A DNA stretch of 64,000 bases from an uncultured Solirubrobacteraceae bacterium (GTDB lineage: Bacteria > Actinomycetota > Thermoleophilia > Solirubrobacterales > Solirubrobacteraceae). The translations under genes were made by a program, and so were the position numbers. Each line of letters opens with the position of its first letter. Position 1 is the stretch's first letter. The stretch lies in assembly GCA_964588985.1 (NCBI GenBank), contig CAZPQW010000004.1, positions 1-64,000 on the forward strand, written 5' to 3'. Below are positions 1-9,039 of the stretch, piece after piece. Under the pieces are notes generated by a model that was not told the DNA's origin, did not search any database, and saw only the letters and a program-made list of their open reading frames with translations.

Positions 1-509
1 TGCTGCTGCAGATCATCGACGAACGCTGGCGCGAGCACCTGTTCGACATGGACTACCTGCGCGAGGGCATCCACCTGCGCGGCTTCGCCCAGATCGACCC
101 CCTGGTGGCATACAAGAACGAGGCGTTCACGCTGTTCGGCGACCTGATGAACAGTGTGTGGGCGGACTACGCGCGGATGATCTTCAACGTGCAGGTGAAC
201 GTCGACGGCCCGTCCGCCCAGAACGGTGGCGGCGGCGTTGCGCCCTTCGCGGCTTCGGGCAGCTCGACGCGCGCGGGCCGCGTGTCCTACTCAGGCGGGC
301 ACAGCGAGGCCGGATCTGGCGCGCTGGCGGCGGCTGCGGCCGCGGCGGGATTCGCCGGGGGCGCGCCGCAGGGCTTCGGCGAAGGCGCAGAGGGCGAAAT
401 GCTGCCGGTGGTGGAGCAGCGGGTGGTCGACCACGAGCACGAGGTCGGGCGCAACGACCCCTGCTGGTGCGGATCAGGCCAGAAGTTCAAGAAGTGCCAC
501 GGCAAGTAG
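1..509 (+). CDS. secA: Preprotein translocase SecA, C-terminal part (5' end outside window)
   Basis: Frame open from window start; LREGIHLRGFAQIDPLVAYKNEAF and terminal SEC-C motif GRNDPCWCGSGQKFKKCHG. Confidence 0.97.
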   Translation, partial: LLQIIDERWREHLFDMDYLREGIHLRGFAQIDPLVAYKNEAFTLFGDLMNSVWADYARMIFNVQVNVDGPSAQNGGGGVAPFAASGSSTRAGRVSYSGGHSEAGSGALAAAAAAAGFAGGAPQGFGEGAEGEMLPVVEQRVVDHEHEVGRNDPCWCGSGQKFKKCHGK

Positions 510-538
510 CCGGCCGACTCACGGGGTAGGGTGGTCAC

Positions 539-742
539 ATGACTCAGAGCGACAGGCTGATTCCCGAGGGCGACCGGTGCAAGACGTGCAGCGGCGCGGG
601 GTGGAAGTGGTGGACGCCGCCCGCCGTAGAGGACGAGGCGCCGCAGGAGAGCAAATGGATCGTGTGCCGCGAGTGCATCGGGACCGGGCGGACGGACCAG
701 AAGGGGCGCAAGCGGATCAAGCCGGAAGAGTCTGGCGCGTAG
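539..742 (+). CDS. Small zinc-finger protein with two DnaJ-type CxxCxGxG motifs
   Basis: CKTCSGAG and CRECIGTG; -10-like TAGGGT at 527-532, 6 nt before the ATG. Confidence 0.7.
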   Translation: MTQSDRLIPEGDRCKTCSGAGWKWWTPPAVEDEAPQESKWIVCRECIGTGRTDQKGRKRIKPEESGA

Positions 743-783
743 CTGCAGGTGTCGTCGCCCCGGTCGCTGATACCGTGACCCCC

Positions 784-1900
784 ATGGCCACAGCCGCGCC
801 AAGCGAGTCGACCCCTCAGCGCCTGGCTGCCATCCGTGAGCAGATGAAACTGCTCTCGGACTATCTTTGACCCGGCTGAGCTGGCCGAGCGCGTGGCGTC
901 GCTCGAGGATGAGATGGGAGCGGAAGGCTTCTGGGACGACTCCGACCGAGCGGCGGCGGTGTCGGCTGAGCACTCGCGGGCGTCGAAGCGCTTAGAGGAG
1001 TTCGCGTCCCTGCGGGCGGATGTGGATGACCTCGACGGTCTGAGCGAGATGGCGGCGGAGGACTCGTCGCTGCAGGCGGAGGTGGACGAGCAGATCGCGG
1101 CGGTCGAGGAGCGCCTTGCCACGCTTGAGGAGCAGCGGCTGTTCTCGGGGCGCTACGACTCGGGCGACGCGCTGGTGAGCGTGAACGCGGGGGCTGGCGG
1201 TACGGACGCTCAGGATTGGGCGGAGATGGTGCTGCGGATGCTGATGCGCTGGTGCGAACGCCGAGGCTTCGAGGTGGAGCTGCTGGAGGCGAGCGCAGGC
1301 GAGGAAGCTGGCATCAAGTCGGCGACGTTCCGCGCGTCGGGCGAGAACGCGTACGGCCTGTTCGGCGCGGAGCGCGGCGTGCACCGGCTGGTGCGCCTAT
1401 CGCCGTTCGACTCGGCGCACCGCCGCCAGACGAGCTTTGCGGGCGTGGAGGTGGCGCCGGTGGTGAAGGACACTGGCGAGGTGGAGATCAACGAGGACGA
1501 CCTGCAGGTGGACACCTACCGCGCGTCGGGCGCGGGTGGGCAGCACGTGAACAAGACGGACTCCGCGGTGCGGATCACGCACCGCCCGAGCGGGATCGTG
1601 GTGCAGTGCCAGAACGAGCGCTCGCAGTCCTCCAACCGCGCGACGGCGATGGCGATGCTGCGCGCGAAGCTGCTGGAGCGCAAAGAGCGCGAACGCCAGC
1701 AGGAGATCGCGGCTGAGAAGGGCGAGGCGCAGGACGTGAACTTCGGCTCGCAGATCCGCTCGTACGTCCTGCACCCGTACACGATGGTGAAGGACCACCG
1801 CACGGGGCACGAGATGGGCGACGTGCAGCGCGTGTTGGATGGAGATCTTGATGGATTCGTGCGTGCGTACCTGTTGTCGACCGCGTCGAGCCAGGGATAG
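784..1900 (+). CDS. prfB: Peptide chain release factor 2, expressed by +1 programmed frameshift at CTT TGA C (865-871)
   Basis: ORF 784-870 ends YL-stop in TAT CTT TGA C; +1 frame continues GAC CCG... into the ORF with SPF and GGQ motifs. Confidence 0.95.
856..871 (+). promoter_or_regulatory. prfB +1 frameshift cassette (TCG GAC TAT CTT TGA C)
   Basis: Canonical CUU UGA C slip site; the position of the usual internal SD reads TCGGAC. Confidence 0.88.
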
Positions 1901-1902
1901 GA

Positions 1903-2754
1903 GTGGACGGTCAACCGGCGGCGGGCCTCGAGGCGCTCGTGCGGGCGGCGCTGCTGGAGGACGTGGGCAGCGGTGACGTGACGACGCGGGCGACGGTGGC
2001 GGTCGACGCGAGGGCGCGCGCGACGATCACGCAGAAGGCTCCCGGCACGATCTTCGGCCTCGACGCGGCTGAGGAGGCGTTCACGCAGCTCGACCCGGAC
2101 GTGCGCGTGGAGCGGCTCGTGGAGGAGGGTGTGTGGCGCGATGAGGGCGGCCCGGTGCTCACAGCCGATGGCAGCGCACGCGCGCTGCTGACGGGCGAGC
2201 GCACGGCGCTGAACTTCCTCGCGCGCCTCTCTGGCGTGGCGACGACTGCGGCATTGGCGGCGCGCGCGGTGGAGGGCACGGGAGCGAAGGTGCTCGACAC
2301 GCGCAAGACGACTCCGGGCCTGCGGATGTTGGAGAAGGCGGCGGTGGCGGCTGGCGGTGCTGTGAACCATCGGGTGGGGCTGTTCGACGCGATCCTGATC
2401 AAGGAGAACCACATCGCGGCGGCGGGCGGGATCGCTCAGGCGGTGCAGCGCGCGCGAGCCGAGGCCCCCGAGTTGGCGGGGACGCTGGAGGTGGAGGTTC
2501 GTGATCCGCAGGAGATCGACGAAGCGCTCGCGGTGGGCGCCCCGCGCCTGCTGCTGGACAACATGGACGAGTCCGAGCTGCGTGCGGCGGTCGCGCAGGT
2601 TGCCGGCCGCGCCGAGCTGGAGGCGAGCGGCGGGGTGACCATTGCGACACTCCGGGCGATCGCGGAGACGGGGGTAGAATGGATCTCGATGGGCGCGTTG
2701 ACCCACTCCGCGCCCGCCCTGGACCTTTCCCTCACCCTGGAGGCCCTGCCATGA
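1903..2754 (+). CDS. nadC: Quinolinate phosphoribosyltransferase (nicotinate-nucleotide diphosphorylase)
   Basis: DTRKTTPG, NHR, LIKENH, LLDNM, EASGG motifs. Confidence 0.96.
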   Translation: MDGQPAAGLEALVRAALLEDVGSGDVTTRATVAVDARARATITQKAPGTIFGLDAAEEAFTQLDPDVRVERLVEEGVWRDEGGPVLTADGSARALLTGERTALNFLARLSGVATTAALAARAVEGTGAKVLDTRKTTPGLRMLEKAAVAAGGAVNHRVGLFDAILIKENHIAAAGGIAQAVQRARAEAPELAGTLEVEVRDPQEIDEALAVGAPRLLLDNMDESELRAAVAQVAGRAELEASGGVTIATLRAIAETGVEWISMGALTHSAPALDLSLTLEALP

Positions 2755-3806
2755 ACCTCCCGATGGCTACCACGCTGCCGATGGCCCCCACCGGCGCCGC
2801 GCCGCTCTCGCCCGAGGAGATCGCGGCGATGAAGGACGAGATCCGCGCGCTGGCGGCGGAGCGCAACGCTGTGATCCTGGCGCACAACTACCAGGTGCCG
2901 GAGGTGCAGGACGTGGCGGACTACGTGGGCGACTCGCTGGGCCTGTCGCGCAGGGCGGCGCAGACGGGCGCTGAGACGATCGTGTTCTGCGGCGTGCACT
3001 TCATGGCGGAGACCGCTTCGGTGCTGTGCCCGGAGAAGACGGTGCTGATCCCAGACCTGGACGCGGGCTGCTCGCTGGCGGCGTCGATCGACGCGGAGCA
3101 GCTGGCGAGCTGGCGGGCGCAGTACCCGGAGGGCGTTGTGGTGATGTACGTGAACACCACCGCGGAGGTGAAGGCGCTGACGGACTACTGCTGCACTTCG
3201 GCGAACGCGGTGGACGTGGTGCGCCACATATACGAGACCAACGGCCCCGACACGGAGATCCTGTTCGGCCCGGACATGTGGCTGGGCGCTTACGTGGAGA
3301 AGGAGCTCGGCAGGCGGATGCACGTGTGGGACGGCGAGTGCCACGTGCACGCGGGGATCCGCCCGGCGGACATCGAAGCGACGCGCGCGGCGCACCCGGG
3401 CGCGGACTTCCTGATCCACCCCGAGTGCGGATGCACGACGAGCATCATGGAGTACGTGGCCGCGGGCGACGTGGCGGCGGACGACGTGCACATGCTCTCG
3501 ACGGGCGGGATGCTGAGGTACGCCGAGCAGGCCGAGCGGGCCGAGACCGAATCGGCGCAGCCGCCTGCGCACCGCCGCGAGGCGGTGGTGGCGACGGAGA
3601 TCGGGATGCTCTACCCGCTGCAGATGGCGGCGCCGGACATCGAGTTCATTCCCGCGAACGCGGAGGCGTCGTGCCAGTACATGAAGATGATCACGCTGCC
3701 GAAGCTGCGCGACGCGCTGCGCGAGATGCGGTTCGAGGTGCGCGTGCCGGAGGACGTGGCGGTCCGTGCACGTGTGCCGATCGAGCGCATGGTGGCGCTC
3801 GGCTGA
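2751..3806 (+). CDS. nadA: Quinolinate synthase
   Basis: LAHNYQ, FCGVHFMAE, AGCSLA, HPEC, C-x-YMK; ATGA overlap with nadC. Confidence 0.96.
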   Translation: MNLPMATTLPMAPTGAAPLSPEEIAAMKDEIRALAAERNAVILAHNYQVPEVQDVADYVGDSLGLSRRAAQTGAETIVFCGVHFMAETASVLCPEKTVLIPDLDAGCSLAASIDAEQLASWRAQYPEGVVVMYVNTTAEVKALTDYCCTSANAVDVVRHIYETNGPDTEILFGPDMWLGAYVEKELGRRMHVWDGECHVHAGIRPADIEATRAAHPGADFLIHPECGCTTSIMEYVAAGDVAADDVHMLSTGGMLRYAEQAERAETESAQPPAHRREAVVATEIGMLYPLQMAAPDIEFIPANAEASCQYMKMITLPKLRDALREMRFEVRVPEDVAVRARVPIERMVALG

Positions 3807-3813
3807 GGCACGG

Positions 3814-4764
3814 TCACTTCTGGCTGTAGCCGAGCAGGGCGAAGTCCTGGAGCGCCGCATCGACGTCGCCCTCGGCGGCTTCGACGCTCGCCTGTGCGGT
3901 CGCGTAGTGGCTCGAGCTGCCGGCCGGAGCGGCGGCGGAGAGCGTTTCATAGGCCTGGCGTGCACGCACGATGGCGCTCGCGAGCGCGGCCTGGGTGGGT
4001 CCGACCGGTGGCGGCGGTTCGAGCACCGACAGCGATCTCGCCGCGGCGGCGAAGCGCTCGGCGAGCGTGGCGGCGAGCCGGCTCGACGTCGCGGGGGCGG
4101 TGCTGGCGCGCATCGACGCTCTCAGCTCCAGCCGTTTCCGGTCGAGCTTCTCGACCAGCTGACCCAGGCGGCCGGCGTAGCCGGCTTCCGGGGTGAGATC
4201 GGTCGGCGAGCGGCCCACCAGCGTGAGTCCGGCGACGATCTGCTGGCACTGCTTCAGGTAGCTGGCGAGCGGCTTGGACGCGTAGCAGGCGAGCGCGGCG
4301 TCGCCGCCTGCGGGACTGGGGAGCACGTAGAGGTCGAGGATGCGGTTGTAGCGCGGGAGGCTGAGGTGGCTGTACCGGTAGGCCTGGGCGTCGAGGAGGT
4401 CGACGACGTCGGTGCGGGGGGCGCGGTGCAGGTGCGCGAGGAAGGCATCCGGGAGCGGGCTGGACTCGCCACGGGGTATCCGTCCGCTGAGCAGGCCCGC
4501 GCGGACGCCCTCGCCGCCCGGCGAGAGCAGCACGGCGCCCGTGATCGTCAGCCCGGGGATCGCCGGTGCGAGGCGCGTGTCGACCTGCCGCCAGTTCGCG
4601 GGGTATTCGAGCAGCACGCTCGCTCCGTAGGCGCTCTGTGTCCGGTCGCTGGCGCCGGCCGGCGCGGATGACGCGTGGCGATGGCCGGCGACGAACCCCG
4701 CGATCGCGATGACGAGGAGGAGCGGCGCGGCGAGCTGCAGCAGACTCGGGGTGGTCCTGTACAC
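3814..4764 (-). CDS. Hypothetical membrane-anchored or secreted protein
   Basis: N-terminal hydrophobic segment; last gene of a tightly coupled minus-strand trio. Confidence 0.65.
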   Translation of the reverse strand: MYRTTPSLLQLAAPLLLVIAIAGFVAGHRHASSAPAGASDRTQSAYGASVLLEYPANWRQVDTRLAPAIPGLTITGAVLLSPGGEGVRAGLLSGRIPRGESSPLPDAFLAHLHRAPRTDVVDLLDAQAYRYSHLSLPRYNRILDLYVLPSPAGGDAALACYASKPLASYLKQCQQIVAGLTLVGRSPTDLTPEAGYAGRLGQLVEKLDRKRLELRASMRASTAPATSSRLAATLAERFAAAARSLSVLEPPPPVGPTQAALASAIVRARQAYETLSAAAPAGSSSHYATAQASVEAAEGDVDAALQDFALLGYSQK

Positions 4765-4768
4765 CGTG

Positions 4769-5245
4769 TCAGCCAGAGCTGTCGAACGAGACGCCGCCGC
4801 TCTTGTGAGGCTGAGAGCGGCGCGCTGGCGTGGAAGCCGCGGGAGTGGGCGCTTTGGTTACGGCCGGTGGCGGCGCGGAGACGGTCGTGGGCGAGCTCGA
4901 CGCCAGCGGTCGCGCCACCGCCGCGGCGACCGGCCGGGTCGTGGTGCTGGGGCGGGCGTGACGGTGTGAGCGGGTGGCGGTGCGCGGCGCGCGGATGGCG
5001 CCGAGTGGAGGCGCATCGCCGAGACGTGCGGGGATGGGCGCGCCCGCGTAGGTGATCGGCAGGTTCGGCGCCGCGGTCGGATGGGGGGCGCTCGTGGAGA
5101 CGGTGGCGCGGCCGATGGCGAAGGAGCAGGCGAAGATCGCGGGACACAGGAGTGCGAGCGCGATCGGCGTCCGAGCTCGTGGTTGCGTAGGCCGGTCGGG
5201 GGCGTCGACCCACTGCAGCGGTACGTCGCGGCTTGTGGCGCTCAT
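4769..5245 (-). CDS. Hypothetical Pro/Ala/Thr-rich membrane protein
   Basis: ATG overlaps stop of upstream gene (ATGA); one hydrophobic helix then low-complexity tail ending SFDSSG. Confidence 0.6.
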   Translation of the reverse strand: MSATSRDVPLQWVDAPDRPTQPRARTPIALALLCPAIFACSFAIGRATVSTSAPHPTAAPNLPITYAGAPIPARLGDAPPLGAIRAPRTATRSHRHARPSTTTRPVAAAVARPLASSSPTTVSAPPPAVTKAPTPAASTPARRSQPHKSGGVSFDSSG

Positions 5246-7524
5246 GATGGGCACGTCATCGGTTTGACCCCATCGGGGCTCAGGCACGTGTCGACGCGCG
5301 CGGGCAGCTTGCCGTGACGGACGGTGAAGCGCGTGAACTTCCCGATCTGCCCAGGCGCGTAGATCCCGATCCGCAGGTAGGCGCCCGCGTGCAGCAGGCG
5401 CTCGAAGCGCCGGAAGGTGATCAGCGAGAGGCCGGTTTTGCCCTTGCTCGGTCTCGAAGCGGAGACGAGGTCCCTGCGCTTCGCCGGGCATCCGCGTCCG
5501 TGGCACACGACGCTCACGCTCGCGCCGATCGGCGCTTGGACCGTGAGCAGGCTGATTCTCGTCCCGGACGAGCCGGCGGAGCCCGCGATGCGCACGACCG
5601 GGAACGGCTGCATCAGCGTGGGCGCGGGCGATATCGCGGTGATCGTTTCGGTCACGACGTCCGACTGACCGTTCGCGTCGGCCACGAACAGCTGCACGTC
5701 ATGGGGTCCGGGGGTGGAGAAGGATGTGGTTAGGGTGGACCCGATCGCTTCGAAGGTTTCGTTGCCCGCGAGGCTCCAGGCGAACGTGGTGAGCGGGCTG
5801 AAGGCGTCGGTGGACGTCGAGACGAGTGAGACCGGTTCGCCCACGCGTGGAGTGACCGGGAACCATTGAAACGAGGCCACGGGAGGCACGGGCGACGCGG
5901 CGGGCGTGGTGCTCGTGACGGTGAACGTCGTCGGTGCGCTGTGGCCGACGTTGCCGACGTCGTCGAGCTGTTCGGCGCGCGCGGTGTAGGTGCCGGGGGT
6001 GAGACCGCCGACGGCGGCCGACCAGGCGGCGCCCGTGGCCTGCACGGAGACCGCCTCGAGCGGCGACCCGACGGCTTTCGATCCCGCGTAGAGCTGGATC
6101 GTGACAGTAGGGGAATCTCCTTCGGCGGTGCCGGCTGCTCCGCCGAGCGGCTCGGAGGAGGCTGACGTCGAGCTGCCGTCGGCGGGCGCGGTGAGGGTGA
6201 CCGCGGGCGCGTGGCCGTCGACGGTGAACGTGGCGGTGGCGTCGGTGGATTTGCTGAACGGGTTGGAGTCGGCCTGTTCGGCCAGCGCGGTGTACGTGCC
6301 GCTCGGGAGGGCGTCCGTGGGGCCGGCGTGCCATTTCGAGCCACTCAACGTTCCTTCCATCGAGCTGACGGGGCTGCCGGAGGTGGACGTGCCGCTGAAG
6401 ATCTTCACCAGCACGGTGTCGCTGTCTTCGGGACCGGTGGACGCGCTTCCGGTGAAGCTCGGTGTGGCGTCGGTGACGAACGTGCCCCCGCGACGGGTGA
6501 ACGCACTCGTGTCGAGCGTCACAACGGGGGAGCTGGCTTCGATCGTGAACGTGACTGTCCCCGTGCCGACGTTGCCGGCGGCGTCGGACTGTTCGGCGAG
6601 CACCGTGTAGACCCCGTTCATGAGGGCTGGGCTTCCGGCGCCGGTCGTCCAGCCACCGGCGCTGGAGGTGAGTTCGAGCGTCTGCGCCGGGACGCCGGAG
6701 ACCGAGGTACCGGCGTAGATCTTCAGCTCGATCGATGCGCTGTCTCCGGCGGCCTGGCCCGCGAGCCCGCTGAACGTCGTCCTCGAGGCGTTGAGCACCG
6801 CTCCCTGCGCGGGCGCGACGATCGCGACGGTCGGGGCGATCGTGTCGACGGTGAAAGTTGTCGCGAGACTCGCGCCGGTGTTTCCAGCTTCGTCCTGCTG
6901 GGTGGCCTGCGCGGTGTAGGTGCCGTCGGCGAGGTGGCTGGGCGTGTACGACCACGAGGAGCCCCCGACGGCGGCTTCGCCGGTCGATGCGACTTCTCCC
7001 GAGGCGGCGGCGCCCCTGTAGATCGTGACCGAGACCGCGTTGCTGTCGCCGACTTCGGTACCGAGGTCGCCGCTGAGCGTGGGGGATGCGTCGTTGGTGG
7101 GTGACACGGCGGGGGAGATCGACACGGCGGGGGCGGTGGTGTCGATCGTGAACGTCACCGCTTCACTGGTGGCCGGTTCGCCTTCGGCTTCCTGTTCGGC
7201 CACGGCGGTGTACTGCCCCTGTTCGAGCGGCGCTTCCTCCGCGACTTCCCACTTGCCGCCGAACGGAGGGAGCGTCGTGACGAGGGCGCTGACGGGTTCG
7301 CCTTCGGCGCTTGTGCCGGCGTAGAGCTTGACGGTGACCGGGTTGAGTTCGTCTTCGCTGCTGCCGCTGAAGACCGGCAGGTCGTTGTTGGAGGTGCTGC
7401 CCGTGACGGGCTGTTCGATCGCGAGGTTGGGCGCCGCGGCGGCGACCGCGACCGGGCCGATGACGATTGCGGCCAGCGTGAGAGTCACCGTGGCAATCGC
7501 CCGCGCAGCATCTTCTGCGGTCAT
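5242..7524 (-). CDS. Secreted protein with about five bacterial Ig-like repeats and a PKD domain
   Basis: Signal-like N-terminus; repeats GxYTxxAxQxDxAGN...FT(I/V)DxxAPxV; PKD-like PVASF...W...F.TPG.H.V.L.V.D. Confidence 0.85.
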   Translation of the reverse strand: MTAEDAARAIATVTLTLAAIVIGPVAVAAAAPNLAIEQPVTGSTSNNDLPVFSGSSEDELNPVTVKLYAGTSAEGEPVSALVTTLPPFGGKWEVAEEAPLEQGQYTAVAEQEAEGEPATSEAVTFTIDTTAPAVSISPAVSPTNDASPTLSGDLGTEVGDSNAVSVTIYRGAAASGEVASTGEAAVGGSSWSYTPSHLADGTYTAQATQQDEAGNTGASLATTFTVDTIAPTVAIVAPAQGAVLNASRTTFSGLAGQAAGDSASIELKIYAGTSVSGVPAQTLELTSSAGGWTTGAGSPALMNGVYTVLAEQSDAAGNVGTGTVTFTIEASSPVVTLDTSAFTRRGGTFVTDATPSFTGSASTGPEDSDTVLVKIFSGTSTSGSPVSSMEGTLSGSKWHAGPTDALPSGTYTALAEQADSNPFSKSTDATATFTVDGHAPAVTLTAPADGSSTSASSEPLGGAAGTAEGDSPTVTIQLYAGSKAVGSPLEAVSVQATGAAWSAAVGGLTPGTYTARAEQLDDVGNVGHSAPTTFTVTSTTPAASPVPPVASFQWFPVTPRVGEPVSLVSTSTDAFSPLTTFAWSLAGNETFEAIGSTLTTSFSTPGPHDVQLFVADANGQSDVVTETITAISPAPTLMQPFPVVRIAGSAGSSGTRISLLTVQAPIGASVSVVCHGRGCPAKRRDLVSASRPSKGKTGLSLITFRRFERLLHAGAYLRIGIYAPGQIGKFTRFTVRHGKLPARVDTCLSPDGVKPMTCPS

Positions 7525-7721
7525 CGGAACGCCGCTCCAAACCGTGTCGTTGTCCAACCCAAGATCCGCTCTTCAGCGGCAGGCGCGTCTCCGTACATGC
7601 CCACCCCCTGCTGCGCGGGAGCGGATGATATGTCCAACCGGTGCAGCGATTCCAGCTCTGCAACGCGCGGTACTGGCGTGGCGACCGCGTCACCGTCAGC
7701 AAACGCGCTGAGTGCTGACCG

Positions 7722-8972
7722 CTAGAACTCGTCGACTGAGTGGGGTCCGACGCAGGCGATGGCGAGCTCGTCCGCGATCCCGGCGGCGACGGCGCGGACC
7801 TCGTCGTGGGTGACCGCGTCGAGCGCGGCGATGGCGGCGTCGGGGTCGTTGTCCTCGCCGAACACCACGCGTTGGTTGGCGGCGAAGCGCGCGACGGCGT
7901 TGGTGTTCTCGAACCCGAGGACGAAACGGCCGGCCGCGTATGCGCGGGCGCGCTGCACCTCCTCCTCGGTGGGCCCGTCGGAGCGCAGCTCGTCGACGAT
8001 CTCGCGCATGCGGGTGTAGGCCTCGACGCACTTGCCGGACTCCAGGCCCGAGCTGAGCTGCAGGATGGGAGCGTCGGCGAACGCGTGGTCGACCGCGGAG
8101 ACCGAGTAGCAGAGGCCGCGTTTCTCACGGATCTCGTCGAACAGGCGCGAGCCCATCGAGCCGCCGAGCAGCGTTGAGTAGATCGACAGGGCGGCGCGCT
8201 GGCGGACATCGGTGACGTCGATCTGGGGCCTGTAGATCATGCGCAGGTGCGACTGGTTGGTGTCGCGCTGCTCGACGAGCTTCTCCGGCGCGAACGCCGG
8301 GGCCGGCACGTAGGGCTCGGGCTCGGGCAGCGAGGGGAAGCGGGCGAAGCACTCCTGCAGCTGCTCCTCGGAGGGGAGGTGCTCGAGGTTGCCGGCGATG
8401 AACGCGCCGCCGCGAGAGCCGGCCCAGCGGCGCTCGCGGAACGCGACGATGCCCTCGCGCGTGAAGCTGCGGAGGTTCTCCTCGGGTCCGAGCACGGTGC
8501 GCCCGAGCGGGTGATCGCCAAACGCGGCCTGGTCGATGAGGTACTCGGCGACCATCGAGGGCTGGTCGTAGGCGCGGTTGATCTCCTGGATCACCACGCC
8601 GCGCTCGCGGTCGAGCTCCTCGGCGTCCAGCCGCGGGCGCCCGACGAAGTCGGTGAGCAGGTCGATCGCGGGAGCGGCGCTCTCCGCGCGCACGGTGATG
8701 TGGAAGGCGACGAGGTTCTGGCTGGTGTACGCGTTGAGCACGCCGCCGAGACGCTCAGCGGTCTCGTTGACGTCGCGGTAGTGCGGGTACTTCTCCCCGC
8801 CCTTGAACACGAGGTGCTCGAGGAAGTGGGCCATGCCGTTCTCCTCCGGACGCTCGTTGCGCGCGCCCGCGTCGAACGCTACGAGGATCGTGAGCGCTCG
8901 TGTGCCCGGCAGCTCGATGCGGTGGATCGGCAGCCCGTTGGAGTCGACGACGCTGCTGGAGATGACGGCCAT
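7722..8972 (-). CDS. M16 family (pitrilysin-like) zinc peptidase
   Basis: HFLEH inverted zinc motif; SRLFDEIREKRGLCYSV. Confidence 0.93.
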   Translation of the reverse strand: MAVISSSVVDSNGLPIHRIELPGTRALTILVAFDAGARNERPEENGMAHFLEHLVFKGGEKYPHYRDVNETAERLGGVLNAYTSQNLVAFHITVRAESAAPAIDLLTDFVGRPRLDAEELDRERGVVIQEINRAYDQPSMVAEYLIDQAAFGDHPLGRTVLGPEENLRSFTREGIVAFRERRWAGSRGGAFIAGNLEHLPSEEQLQECFARFPSLPEPEPYVPAPAFAPEKLVEQRDTNQSHLRMIYRPQIDVTDVRQRAALSIYSTLLGGSMGSRLFDEIREKRGLCYSVSAVDHAFADAPILQLSSGLESGKCVEAYTRMREIVDELRSDGPTEEEVQRARAYAAGRFVLGFENTNAVARFAANQRVVFGEDNDPDAAIAALDAVTHDEVRAVAAGIADELAIACVGPHSVDEF

Positions 8973-9039
8973 CGCCCAACCCTAGAAGGTTCGGCCGGAT
9001 CCTGGAATCCAGATCACCTCGACTAGGCTTGCCCCAGCG

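Noticed and set aside
226-870. 214-aa ORF overlapping secA
   Set aside because: Only its last 28 codons (from 784) are credible, as the pre-frameshift part of prfB; the rest is shadow frame
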